Numbered from the stretch's first letter, positions 19,519 to 29,138 are shown. The stretch is 64,000 bases of DNA from Candidatus Terrybacteria bacterium RIFCSPHIGHO2_01_FULL_43_35 (GCA_001822815.1 MHSR01000008.1:49602-113601); one strand, 5' to 3'. Notes: a model not told the origin generated them from the sequence alone. Program-made: numbers and translations.

Positions 19519-20631
19519 TTGAATATGCAAACAGCATTCAAGATAATAATTATTTCTTTTTTTATCGCCTTGATAAGCGCTGGTGTTGGTATTGTTTTGA
19601 AAGGCAATAAGCTCACTTCTTCAAGCAGTGGCCCCGGTACCCCAGTTAGCGGTTCGGGCATCCTTTACTCCGAAGACATGGGCAATACTTGGATTCAACG
19701 CTCGCAAGTTTCTCAAGGGCAGAATATATCAAGATTTGATATTACCGATATAGTTATTTATCCAAAAGATACTAGTATTGTTTTTGCCGGCACCAGTGGC
19801 GGCGGCCTTTTTAGATCGCGCGACAGCGGTCAAAACTGGGACAATATATCAGATGCCAACAAAGTTTTGACTAATCGTGCGGTCATTAAATCTATTGCCG
19901 TTGATTCGGAAGACTCCAAAAATCTCTTTGTAGCGGCATATCAAGGCACCCGCGGCAGTATTTTGAGGAGTCAGGATGGCGGAGACAGTTTCACGGAATT
20001 ATTTTTTACTTCCAGATCAAAAGCTGCCGTGAATGCGGTGATTTTTTCTTTTAATGATCATAAACAAGTGTTTGCCGGAACTGATGAAGGCTTGGTTTTG
20101 GAGAGTATTGATAACGGCAACTCTTGGCGGACTATAGGAGAATTTGCATATCCTGTGCGCAAATTAGCGCATACGTCAGCCGGAGTGCTTATAGCCGTGG
20201 TTCAAAATAAGGGCCTGTTGAGAAGTTCGGATTTTGGAGCCAATTGGTTATCGAGTGAAGATACCACGACCGGGAAAAAGCTAGAGTCTTTTGCTTCCGG
20301 AATAAATATAGAGTATATGGCTCTAGACCCGCAAAATCCTAACAACATTTATCTTGGTACCGGTTACGGATTACTTCGTAGTCGTGACGGCGGGATATCG
20401 TTTGACGCGCCGCCAGTAGTAATTCCGCCGCGGTCTCTTCCTGTGATGAGCGTTGGCGTATCTTCTAATGATTCGCGCATTATCTTAGTTGGTGCCGGTC
20501 AAGCCATATATCGTTCTCAAGACGGCGGCGAACATTGGAGTTTGCATGCCGTACCGACAAATAAACGCTTGCGGGTTATGACCGTATTTCCGCACGAGGG
20601 CAGTAAGATATTTTTGGGCTTGAGCAGATAG
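19519..20631 (+). CDS. Secreted or anchored BNR/YCF48-like beta-propeller protein
   Basis: N-terminal TM helix and repeated SxDxGxxW/F Asp-boxes. Confidence 0.85.
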   Translation: MNMQTAFKIIIISFFIALISAGVGIVLKGNKLTSSSSGPGTPVSGSGILYSEDMGNTWIQRSQVSQGQNISRFDITDIVIYPKDTSIVFAGTSGGGLFRSRDSGQNWDNISDANKVLTNRAVIKSIAVDSEDSKNLFVAAYQGTRGSILRSQDGGDSFTELFFTSRSKAAVNAVIFSFNDHKQVFAGTDEGLVLESIDNGNSWRTIGEFAYPVRKLAHTSAGVLIAVVQNKGLLRSSDFGANWLSSEDTTTGKKLESFASGINIEYMALDPQNPNNIYLGTGYGLLRSRDGGISFDAPPVVIPPRSLPVMSVGVSSNDSRIILVGAGQAIYRSQDGGEHWSLHAVPTNKRLRVMTVFPHEGSKIFLGLSR

Positions 20632-20633
20632 TT

Positions 20634-21194
20634 ATGTTGATTCAAAACTTAGTTAAAAATTTAGAATCGCATTTGGCGCTCATAGAGCAGAAGTTTTCAA
20701 ATGATCTGCATGCTTTGCGTACAGATCGGGCTAATCCTGCGCTTGTGGAGGAAATTGTGGTTGATGCCTACCAATCGCGGATGAAAATAAAGGAACTGGC
20801 TTCAGTCACCATTCCAGAAGCCAGGGTTATTGTTATTCAACCTTGGGATAAATCAATCATTTCAGCAGTAAACAAAGCGCTCGAAGTTTCGGACCTGGGC
20901 ACTTCCCCGGTTATCCAAGGCGAAATAATAAGAATAGTTTTGCCGTCGATGAATGAAGAAAGGCGCAAGGAATTGACTAAGTTAGTAGGTAAAAAGATTG
21001 AGGAAGCCAAAATATCAATACGGCAGGCAAGGGAAGGGGCCATCAAGGTCTTAGATGAACAACAAAAAGAAAACATTATTAGTGAAGATGAGAAGTTTAA
21101 AACGCGCGATGTCATACAAAAAAAGGTTGATGCTTGCCAGCAGAGGCTTATTTCTTTGGGCCAGGAAAAAGAGAACGAGATTTTGACTATTTAA
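20634..21194 (+). CDS. frr: Ribosome recycling factor
   Basis: LRTDRANP, IQPWDK, EERRKEL, AKISIR. Confidence 0.93.
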   Translation: MLIQNLVKNLESHLALIEQKFSNDLHALRTDRANPALVEEIVVDAYQSRMKIKELASVTIPEARVIVIQPWDKSIISAVNKALEVSDLGTSPVIQGEIIRIVLPSMNEERRKELTKLVGKKIEEAKISIRQAREGAIKVLDEQQKENIISEDEKFKTRDVIQKKVDACQQRLISLGQEKENEILTI

Positions 21195-21219
21195 AACCAA
21201 CAACTTATAAGTTCATCAA

Positions 21220-22377
21220 ATGGATATTTTTAATACTGCTACTCATATTTTTTACGTTGCCGCGGTTTTTATACCCGTGTTGGCTTTGCTTATATTTGTT
21301 CACGAATTCGGGCATTTTATTGTGGCAAAAAAATCCGGCGTCAAGGTCAACGAATTTGGTTTTGGTTTTCCGCCTCGCATTTGGGGCAAACGCGTCGGCG
21401 AAACTATTTATTCTATAAACCTTTTACCATTGGGCGGATTTGTGAATGTTGAGGGTGAAAACGGTGAAGACCTCGTTGAACAAGGACAAAATCAGGTTAG
21501 CCGCCGGGAAGGTATAAGAGATAATTTTGACCCTGCGCGCAGTTTTGTATCCAAACCACTGCATATAAAATTATCTATACTGTATGCCGGTGTACTTATG
21601 AACATATTTCTGGCCTTCGTTATTTTTTCTTTGCTTCAGGTTATAGGTGTGCCAACCGGCATATCAGATGAGGCCAACGATCCAAACGCCAAGGTATTAA
21701 TCAGTGATGTGGTAAAAGGTAGTCCGGCCTGGATTGCCGGCATCAAGACTAACGATTTGATCAAGGAGATGCGTATAGAAAATAATGTATTTTATCCGAA
21801 TAAACTTACTCAAACCCAGAAATTGATAAAAGATAATGCTGGACGGGAAATAACATTGGTTATCTTAAGAGGAAAGGAAATTAAGGAATTTAATATTATT
21901 CCACGTGTTAACCCCCCGCCAGGGGAAGGCGCTTTGGGCATAGGACTATTACTTGCCGGCAATATTTCTTATCCGTGGTATGAAGCTCCATGGCGCGGCG
22001 CTTGGATCACCGTGGCGACAACGATAACCATGATAAGCGGTGTGGCGCATCTTTTAGGTCAGCTTTTTTACGAGCATACTTTAAGCGGTGATGTGGCCGG
22101 TCCTATAGGCATAGCTAGTTTGACTTGGCAAATCAGCGCTTTGGGACTTTCGCATTTATTGTATTTTGTGGCTATAATTTCTTTGAACCTAGCCGTATTG
22201 AACGCCTTGCCATTACCGGCTCTAGACGGCGGAAGAGCTTTTATTTTGCTTATCGAAAAAATACGTCGCAAGAATTTTTCTTTAAGAACCATGCAATGGG
22301 TTAACGGCATTGTTTTTGCACTGCTCATCCTTTTTGTTCTGTTGGTATCTATACGTGATATAGAGCGAATGTTATGA
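21220..22377 (+). CDS. rseP: RIP metalloprotease RseP (M50 with PDZ)
   Basis: HEFGH, GFGFPP, PLGGFV, GPIGI, NALPLPALDGG. Confidence 0.93.
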   Translation: MDIFNTATHIFYVAAVFIPVLALLIFVHEFGHFIVAKKSGVKVNEFGFGFPPRIWGKRVGETIYSINLLPLGGFVNVEGENGEDLVEQGQNQVSRREGIRDNFDPARSFVSKPLHIKLSILYAGVLMNIFLAFVIFSLLQVIGVPTGISDEANDPNAKVLISDVVKGSPAWIAGIKTNDLIKEMRIENNVFYPNKLTQTQKLIKDNAGREITLVILRGKEIKEFNIIPRVNPPPGEGALGIGLLLAGNISYPWYEAPWRGAWITVATTITMISGVAHLLGQLFYEHTLSGDVAGPIGIASLTWQISALGLSHLLYFVAIISLNLAVLNALPLPALDGGRAFILLIEKIRRKNFSLRTMQWVNGIVFALLILFVLLVSIRDIERML

Positions 22378-22507
22378 TCCAGTTAGAAGTCTTCGGCATA
22401 AAAATTTATTAAATTTTTATGCGTAGAATTAGCGGGGAATTGTAAAAATAAAAGTCCGCCAAGCCTTAATTGCCACGCAATTATTGTTAATACAGACTTC
22501 TAACGGG
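22378..22507. mobile_element. MITE-like element, family A variant, between rseP and proS
   Basis: Ends tccagttagaagtct / agacttctaacggg, flanked by atga on both sides; internal near-perfect palindrome gcataaaaattta-t-taaatttttatgc. End assignment is uncertain by 1 bp. Confidence 0.7.
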
Positions 22508-23770
22508 ATGAAACAAAGTTTATTTTTTGCAAAAACCAGGAAAGAGAGTCCAAAAGACGCCGTTGCGGCAAGCCACAAATTTTTATTGCGCGCAGATTAT
22601 ATAGATCAGCTTGCGGCTGGCATATACACTCTTTTGCCCTTAGGCCAAAAAGCACACCAGAAATTGTTGAAGATCATACGCGAAGAGATGGATGCCATAG
22701 GCGCGCAAGAGTTGCTTATGCCCGCATTGCATCCCAAAGCTATTTGGGAAAGTTCCGGTAGATGGGAAGTATATAAAGGTGAGATGTACCAGTTTCAGGA
22801 TAAATCTAAACATTGGTTTGGACTTGGTCCCACGCACGAAGAGATTATCACTGCCATAGTAGCCAGCCGCGTAAGTTCATTCCGCGATCTGCCCGTTGCT
22901 TTGTATCAGATACAAGGCAAATTTCGTGATGAAGCTAGGCCTAAGGCAGGGTTAATGCGGGGTAAGGAATTTATAATGAAGGATCTTTATAGTTTTCATG
23001 CCACCAAAGAGGATTTTGACGATTTTTATAATAAAGCCAGCGAGGCCTACCTGCGTATTTTTAAACGATGCGGCGTTGAAGCCTTTCCAGTATTGGCTTC
23101 TGGCGGAGCGTTTACCAAGGATATGACCAAAGAATTTATGATTAAGACTAAGGCGGGTGAAGATATAACTTTGATTTGCGAACATTGTGGTTGGGCGGCC
23201 AATAAGGAAATTTCGGCCAATGTCAGTAAGAATTGTCCGGTTTGTAAAGAAAAAGTTAGCGAGCATGTTACTCTCGAAGCGGGCCACATTTTCCATCTTG
23301 GCACGCGCTATTCGGAAAAATTAGGCGCTTTTTTTCTGGATGAAAACGGTAAGCGTCAGCCAATGATAATGGGCTGTTATGGCTTGGGGACCACGCGGCT
23401 TCTTGCGGCAATTGTTGAGGTCCATTACGACAAAAAAGGTATTATGTGGCCGGAAAGTATCGCGCCATTCGATATACATCTCCTGGCTTTAGGCAAGGAT
23501 AATAAGATAAAACAGGAAGCCGAAGCTATTGAAGGACATTTACAAAAAGAAGGAATCGGGGTATTGTATGACGACCGGGACATTTCGGCCGGAGAGAAGT
23601 TCGCTGATGCCGACTTGATCGGTATCCCTTTGAGAGTAGTAATAAGCGAAAAAACACTCGGTCAGGGCATGGTGGAGATAAAATATCGTAAAGAAGATGC
23701 GGCGCGTATGGTTACAAGAGGCGAATTGATTAATATTGCTAAAGCCGATTTAAACCGCGTAAATAATTAG
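22508..23770 (+). CDS. proS: Proline--tRNA ligase (short form, no INS editing domain)
   Basis: AGIYTLLPLG, GPTHEE, KFRDEARP..GLMRGKEFIMKD, GHIFHLG, MGCYGLG. Start placed at MKQS. Confidence 0.95.
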   Translation: MKQSLFFAKTRKESPKDAVAASHKFLLRADYIDQLAAGIYTLLPLGQKAHQKLLKIIREEMDAIGAQELLMPALHPKAIWESSGRWEVYKGEMYQFQDKSKHWFGLGPTHEEIITAIVASRVSSFRDLPVALYQIQGKFRDEARPKAGLMRGKEFIMKDLYSFHATKEDFDDFYNKASEAYLRIFKRCGVEAFPVLASGGAFTKDMTKEFMIKTKAGEDITLICEHCGWAANKEISANVSKNCPVCKEKVSEHVTLEAGHIFHLGTRYSEKLGAFFLDENGKRQPMIMGCYGLGTTRLLAAIVEVHYDKKGIMWPESIAPFDIHLLALGKDNKIKQEAEAIEGHLQKEGIGVLYDDRDISAGEKFADADLIGIPLRVVISEKTLGQGMVEIKYRKEDAARMVTRGELINIAKADLNRVNN

Positions 23771-23794
23771 AATCATTATTTTATATAATATATG

Positions 23795-23932
23795 CCAGGT
23801 AGTGAAAGTTCGACCGTTCTCCGAAGACGAACAACCGATTTCGTGATACTTGGCTCTACCATTAATTCGTTTAACATTAATCATTAACTAGAAATTCGGC
23901 AGCACATTATAAGTCGAACTTCTACTACCTGG
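23795..23932. mobile_element. MITE-like element, family B copy 1 (138 bp), at the mreB start codon
   Basis: TIRs ccaggtagtgaaagttcgac / gtcgaacttctactacctgg, flanked by tatg on both sides. Confidence 0.8.
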
Positions 23933-23933
23933 T

Positions 23934-24989
23934 ATGTTTGGTCTTATACCCAAAAATTTATTTGTTCAAGATATCGGTATAGATTTGGGAACGGCCAACA
24001 CGCTTGTTTATGTTCGCGGCAAAGGCATTCTTATTAATGAGCCTTCGGTAGTTGCCCTGAATAAGAAAACTAATCAGATTTTGGCTATAGGCAATGAAGC
24101 GCGCAAAATGGTTGGTCGCACGCCAGCCCATATTGTTGCTAGTCGTCCCTTAACCAAAGGCGTTATATCTGATTTTGAGATTACCGAACAGATGCTGGCG
24201 CATTTTTTTTCGAGCGTCCGTGAGCATGCTCGTTTTCCATTCAGCAGGCCGCGTGTAGTTATAGGCATTCCTTCAGGCGTGACCGAGGTTGAAAAGCGCG
24301 CGGTTGAAGATGCGTGCAAGAACGCCGGCGCAAAAGAAGTTTATCTTATTGAAGAACCAATGGCCGCGGCCATAGGTGCTCGTCTTCCAGTCCAGGAAGC
24401 TTCTGGAAGCATGATTGTTGATATAGGTGGAGGGACAACAGAAATCGCTGTGATTTCATTGGGCGGCATAGTGGCCTTTCGGTCTTTGCGTATAGCTGGT
24501 GATCGTTTGAATGATGATATCATCAATTTTGCGCATGAAGAAATGAAAATGGTTTTGGGCGAACGCACGGCCGAAGAAATAAAGATTGCCACGGGTTCCG
24601 CAAAAGAGGTCGATGATCCGATAATAAGCCCTATGCGTGGACGCGATGTTTTGACCGGCCTGCCTAAAGAAATAATGGTGAGCGACACGCATATCCGCCG
24701 AGCGATTTCGCATTCAGTTTACACCATCATAGAAGCGATCAAAGCCACTATTGAAGAAACGCCACCAGAACTTGTAGCGGATATCATGAATAGAGGTATC
24801 ACCCTGGCTGGTGGAGGTTCTCTCTTGCGCAATCTGGACAAGTTAATAGCCCAAGAAACGCTCATGCCGGTTCAGGTTACGGAAGATCCATTAACTGCCG
24901 TTGTTCGTGGGACGGGTATAGTACTTGAAAATATAGACGAGCTTCATGAGATTTTGGTTAGTGCCGACAACGCCGCAATACCGCTGTAA
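23934..24989 (+). CDS. mreB: Rod shape-determining protein MreB (mreBCD-pbp2 cluster)
   Basis: DIGIDLGTANT, VTEVEKRAV, IEEPMAAAIG, DIGGGTTE, ETPPELVAD. Confidence 0.96.
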   Translation: MFGLIPKNLFVQDIGIDLGTANTLVYVRGKGILINEPSVVALNKKTNQILAIGNEARKMVGRTPAHIVASRPLTKGVISDFEITEQMLAHFFSSVREHARFPFSRPRVVIGIPSGVTEVEKRAVEDACKNAGAKEVYLIEEPMAAAIGARLPVQEASGSMIVDIGGGTTEIAVISLGGIVAFRSLRIAGDRLNDDIINFAHEEMKMVLGERTAEEIKIATGSAKEVDDPIISPMRGRDVLTGLPKEIMVSDTHIRRAISHSVYTIIEAIKATIEETPPELVADIMNRGITLAGGGSLLRNLDKLIAQETLMPVQVTEDPLTAVVRGTGIVLENIDELHEILVSADNAAIPL

Positions 24990-25056
24990 TTTTATGCACG
25001 TTTTTTAAACCAGACTTGCGTTTTGTCGTGTCAATCCTTACTTCTAGTGTGGTATG

Positions 25057-25213
25057 CCAGGTAGTGAAAACGCGACCATTCGTTTCCGTCAGCTGACGGA
25101 GACGAATAAAAACCATCTGGCCACAATCACCGTCAGTATTAAAATTCAATACGTAATACTTAAGAATAGCGCAATTTTTATCGAAATAATGTAGTCGCAT
25201 TTCTACTACCTGG
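25057..25213. mobile_element. MITE-like element, family B copy 2 (157 bp), at the mreC start codon
   Basis: TIRs ccaggtagtgaaaacgcgac / gtcgcatttctactacctgg, flanked by tatg on both sides. Confidence 0.8.
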
Positions 25214-25214
25214 T

Positions 25215-25958
25215 ATGCGCAAAAAAAATAGTTTTACTTTAAAAAAATCCTATATTATTATTTGTGCCATAATCCTTTTGGCACTTTTTTACATACTGGG
25301 CGGGCGAGGTTTTATTATCGACAGTCTGAGCGCTATTTTAGGTCCCATGCTTTCACGAATTTCTTATTTGCCCACGCGTGATGATATCTTAGAAAAAGAA
25401 AATGTTAAATTACGTCAAGAAAACGCCATATTGTCTGAAAGAGTCATCGCGCAAGAGGCTTTGTTGAAAGATAAAAATATAGATATTAAATTTCCTGGCC
25501 CAAAGTTATTGACCAGGATTTTATGGTTTAATTTACTGCCGTCAAAACGTGTTGCTCATATAAATAGAGGTTCATCGCAAGGGGTATATTCTGATATGGT
25601 GGCGCTTGATCCGGGCGGCTCATTTTTAGGTAAGGTGATAAACGTCTTTAATGATTCTGCCGATATTTTGTTGCTTGGCGATAAGTCTTTAAGGATTAGC
25701 GTGCGCATAGGCGACACTATAGGCGCTCTTGAAGCCACAAGCGACAATAAGCTTATGGTTAATTTGGTTGGAAGTGATTCTAATATTGAGGTTGGTATGC
25801 CCGTTTACACGGCTGGCCAAGGAGATGCTCTGCCGCAAGGTATTGCTATAGGGCGTGTAAGTGAAGTCTCGCCATCCGGAGTCGAACCATTTTTAACCAT
25901 AAAGGTTAACGCATTTTCTGATGCCAGGGCACAAGAATACATTTTTTTGATCCCATGA
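25215..25958 (+). CDS. mreC: Rod shape-determining protein MreC
   Basis: TM helix, coiled coil LEKENVKLRQEN, INRGSSQGV, VYTAG..LPQGIAIGRV; operon position. Confidence 0.9.
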   Translation: MRKKNSFTLKKSYIIICAIILLALFYILGGRGFIIDSLSAILGPMLSRISYLPTRDDILEKENVKLRQENAILSERVIAQEALLKDKNIDIKFPGPKLLTRILWFNLLPSKRVAHINRGSSQGVYSDMVALDPGGSFLGKVINVFNDSADILLLGDKSLRISVRIGDTIGALEATSDNKLMVNLVGSDSNIEVGMPVYTAGQGDALPQGIAIGRVSEVSPSGVEPFLTIKVNAFSDARAQEYIFLIP

Positions 25959-26443
25959 CAATTTTTATCGCGGTCCTATTTTCACCTATAGTTGATCTGT
26001 TTTTATCTTCAATCGATTTACACGGACCGTTTTCTATATTCAGATTAACGCCATTGGTTTTGACAATAGTTTACGTTTATAATTATCACCGTTTGTTTTG
26101 GGCGGCGATTATTTCTTCGGTTGTATTTGTGTTTCTGAGCAGTCCAAGCGAACTAGCCGCTGTTTTTATCGTTGTTAGTCCGCTTATCGTTTTCGTATTC
26201 AGGCGAAGGCTGGAATTCTTATCTGAACAGTGGCGCAATGCCGCGGTTTTTATTCTGGTTTTTTTGGTTAGCTATGGCATTTTATCGGCGGAACTTTTCA
26301 TTAACGATTTTGGATTGGTTTATATCGCACCTAGATTTTTATCTAGCGTTATTCTCTCAACCATCATTTCGTTTATTATCCTTTTTATTTTAAAGCTTTT
26401 TAATCCGAGCGCTTCCTATGAAATTTCCAGGAACCGAATTTGA
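25955..26443 (+). CDS. Multi-pass membrane protein, MreD-like by position
   Basis: About five hydrophobic helices, between mreC and PBP2. Confidence 0.6.
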   Translation: MTIFIAVLFSPIVDLFLSSIDLHGPFSIFRLTPLVLTIVYVYNYHRLFWAAIISSVVFVFLSSPSELAAVFIVVSPLIVFVFRRRLEFLSEQWRNAAVFILVFLVSYGILSAELFINDFGLVYIAPRFLSSVILSTIISFIILFILKLFNPSASYEISRNRI

Positions 26444-28298
26444 AGAAATCATTGCAGATGTATCGCGTCAAGACGATTCCAAGGGATTGCAGCTTGAAGT
26501 GCCTATCAATCGCCGCGCGCCACAAGTTTTATTATTAATTATCATAATAGTTTTTTCTTTGTTCTGGATTCGTACCGCGTGGTTGACCGTGTTTAAGGGT
26601 GCGCAATTGGCGGCTATCGCCGTCAAAAATACCGAGCGCATATTCCCAATTATTGCTCCTCGAGGCATAGTTTATGATCGTAATGGCGAAGAGTTGGTTA
26701 AAAATACAGCTTCGTTTCGGGTTATTGTTGACAGGACGCGTTTGCCGCAAGATAAAAGTGTTTTTTCCGCCCAAATTGAAAAAATTGCCGGAATATTGAG
26801 TATGTCGTTAGCGGATCTTGAAGATAAAATAATGCAGGCGCCTCAAGCGCCTTACTTCGTACTTTTACGCGAAATAACACAGGAGAATGCCGTAGCGTTA
26901 TCAGTATTTCAGTCGGAAAACGATATTTTCTGGCTAGACGTTGAGTCGGTTCCAAAACGAAAATATAAAGACGGCAGTTTTTTTTCGCATATTCTAGGTT
27001 ATACCGGTGAAATGACCAAAGATGACTTGGCTTCGCACAGCAACGCATTTTTGACAGAAGAAATAGGCAAGACCGGAGTAGAGTTTTCTTTTGATAATAT
27101 ATTACGAGGCATCACCGGAGAGCATGTATTTGTAGTCAATGCCGATGGTAAAACCAATCGTAATTTTGTAGCTCGTGAAAGCAAAAGCGGGGATAATATT
27201 CGTTTGAAGATAGATGCTAAACTTCAACGTGCTATTTATGCTTCTTTACAAAAAGAAACCAGGCAATCTGGGGCAAAAGCGGCTGCCGCGGTAGCTTTGG
27301 ACCCCAGGGATGGATCTGTCAGGGCTTTGGTTAGTCTGCCTGGTTTTGATAATAATGTTTTTTCGCAAGGAATAAGTAGCGAAGATTACAACAAGCTTAT
27401 ACAGGATAACGCCAAACCATTACTTAATAGGGTAATTAGTGGTCTTTACCCTGTCGGCTCTACAATAAAACCAATGGTCGGTTTGGCGGCTTTAGCCGAA
27501 AATGTTATCAGTCCCACTAAACGTATTTTTGATCCAGGTTTCATTACTGTAAAGAATATTTATAATCCTTCAATAACTTATACGTATAAAGACTGGCGCG
27601 CGCACGGTGGGATTAGTTTCGTGGATGCTATTGCGGAATCCTGTGATGTTTACTTTTATACCATCGGCGGAGGATATGGTGATGTCGTCGGTCTAGGGAT
27701 AGATCGTCTCGCGGCATGGCTAAAAAATTTCAATTTTGATCAGAAAACCGGAATAGATTTGTCGGGCGAATTGAGTGGTACGGTTCCGGATCCGGCCTGG
27801 AAACAGGAAAAAAAGAATGAGTCGTGGGTTTTGGGCGATACTTATCATTTATCCATTGGCCAAGGCGATTTTTTAGCGACGCCGCTTGAACTGGCCGTGG
27901 CAACGGCTGCTGTGGTCAACGACGGCACTATATACAAGCCCAACCTGGTGGACGCTATTATAAAATCCGATGGCACCGAAGACAAAAAAGCCTCTCAAGT
28001 AATCAAGTATATAGATGCGGATAAAGATTATTTTGATTTGGTTAAAAAAGGCATGCGGGGTACAGTGAATTCTCCGGAAGGGACGGCTAAACTTTTAGCG
28101 AATGTGAGCGTTCCGGTTTCAGCAAAAACCGGTACTGCGGAAGTCGGCAGTAAGGTACCGCATGCGTGGGTTACTGCTTTTGCGCCCTCTGATAATCCGG
28201 AGCTTGTAATTGCGATTATAATTGAGCATGCCGGCGAGGGGAGTGCATTTGCAGTACCAGTAGTCAGAGACGCCTTCGACGCTTATTTTACTAAATAA
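26418..28298 (+). CDS. mrdA: Penicillin-binding protein 2
   Basis: APRGIVYDRNG, GSTIK (SxxK), SCD (SxN variant), KTGTAE. Confidence 0.93.
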   Translation: MKFPGTEFEEIIADVSRQDDSKGLQLEVPINRRAPQVLLLIIIIVFSLFWIRTAWLTVFKGAQLAAIAVKNTERIFPIIAPRGIVYDRNGEELVKNTASFRVIVDRTRLPQDKSVFSAQIEKIAGILSMSLADLEDKIMQAPQAPYFVLLREITQENAVALSVFQSENDIFWLDVESVPKRKYKDGSFFSHILGYTGEMTKDDLASHSNAFLTEEIGKTGVEFSFDNILRGITGEHVFVVNADGKTNRNFVARESKSGDNIRLKIDAKLQRAIYASLQKETRQSGAKAAAAVALDPRDGSVRALVSLPGFDNNVFSQGISSEDYNKLIQDNAKPLLNRVISGLYPVGSTIKPMVGLAALAENVISPTKRIFDPGFITVKNIYNPSITYTYKDWRAHGGISFVDAIAESCDVYFYTIGGGYGDVVGLGIDRLAAWLKNFNFDQKTGIDLSGELSGTVPDPAWKQEKKNESWVLGDTYHLSIGQGDFLATPLELAVATAAVVNDGTIYKPNLVDAIIKSDGTEDKKASQVIKYIDADKDYFDLVKKGMRGTVNSPEGTAKLLANVSVPVSAKTGTAEVGSKVPHAWVTAFAPSDNPELVIAIIIEHAGEGSAFAVPVVRDAFDAYFTK

Positions 28299-28350
28299 TG
28301 ATTTGACAGATCTTTCTTCTAGAAATGACCTTTCCGTTTGTTATCAACTC

Positions 28351-28378
28351 TTGACACATTTCTTGGTTTAGATACTAT
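28351..28378 (+). promoter_or_regulatory. Promoter upstream of greA
   Basis: ttgaca-16 nt-tactat. Confidence 0.55.
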
Positions 28379-28601
28379 TGAGTATTAAGACCGCGCATTA
28401 GCGCGGCATTAAATTTAAATTAAGTTTATCCCTCGCTTTCGCCAGAGTCTTAATGACGTATAAGGACATTCGGCGCGGCTCGTGGGTAATATAAAAGGTA
28501 ATCCTTCGCTTCGCTCAGGTCTTCGACTCTTAAAGAGTCTCAGACTCGAGGAGATGCACGTGGTTGTATCCTCTCGTGTGGCTCGAGGACAACCACGGCA
28601 C

Positions 28602-29075
28602 ATGCCATCAAATTATATTACTAAAGACGGTTTAGAAAAATTGAAGCAGGAGCTTGAGGAACTAAAGACAGTCAAGCGACTAGAAATAGCCGAGAAACTT
28701 CAGAGGTCTATTGCTTTTGGTGATTTGTCTGAAAATGCCGAATATCAGGAAGCTAAAGAAGAGCAGGCTTTTCTTGAAGGCCGCATTGATGAACTTGAGG
28801 CTGCTGTTGAATCAGCTGTCATCATTGAAACAAATCACAATAACGGTTCCAGAGTCGTCTCCATTGGTTCTAAAGTTGTTGTTGAACAAACAAACCCGCC
28901 CGGCCCAAAATCAACTTTCGTTATTGTGGGTTCAGAAGAAGCGTCACCGTCTGAAGGCCGGATCTCTAATGCTTCACCCATAGGCATGATGCTCTTGGGG
29001 CACGGAGTAGAAGAAACCGTTTCGGCCAGAACGCCGGCAGGCGTAAAACAGTATAGGATTGTAAGTATTGAATAA
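28602..29075 (+). CDS. greA: Transcription elongation factor GreA
   Basis: YITKDGLEKLKQEL, GDLSENAEYQEAKE, ISNASPIG. Start placed at MPSN. Confidence 0.96.
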   Translation: MPSNYITKDGLEKLKQELEELKTVKRLEIAEKLQRSIAFGDLSENAEYQEAKEEQAFLEGRIDELEAAVESAVIIETNHNNGSRVVSIGSKVVVEQTNPPGPKSTFVIVGSEEASPSEGRISNASPIGMMLLGHGVEETVSARTPAGVKQYRIVSIE

Positions 29076-29104
29076 CGCGAATACACCCAGCGATTTTTGA
29101 AGTT

Positions 29105-29138
29105 AAACGGTCCAAATAGTTATCGATGGACCGTTTTT
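29105..29138 (+). terminator. Intrinsic terminator
   Basis: aaacggtcca...tggaccgttttt. Confidence 0.7.

Noticed and set aside
7926-25213. CRISPR or integron attC interpretation of the dispersed repeats
   Set aside because: No regularly spaced repeat-spacer array, cas gene or integrase; the elements sit between core genes and have 4-bp flanking duplications.
28482-28601. N-terminal extension of GreA in the ORF track
   Set aside because: It is translated palindromic leader sequence; homology starts at MPSNYIT (28602).
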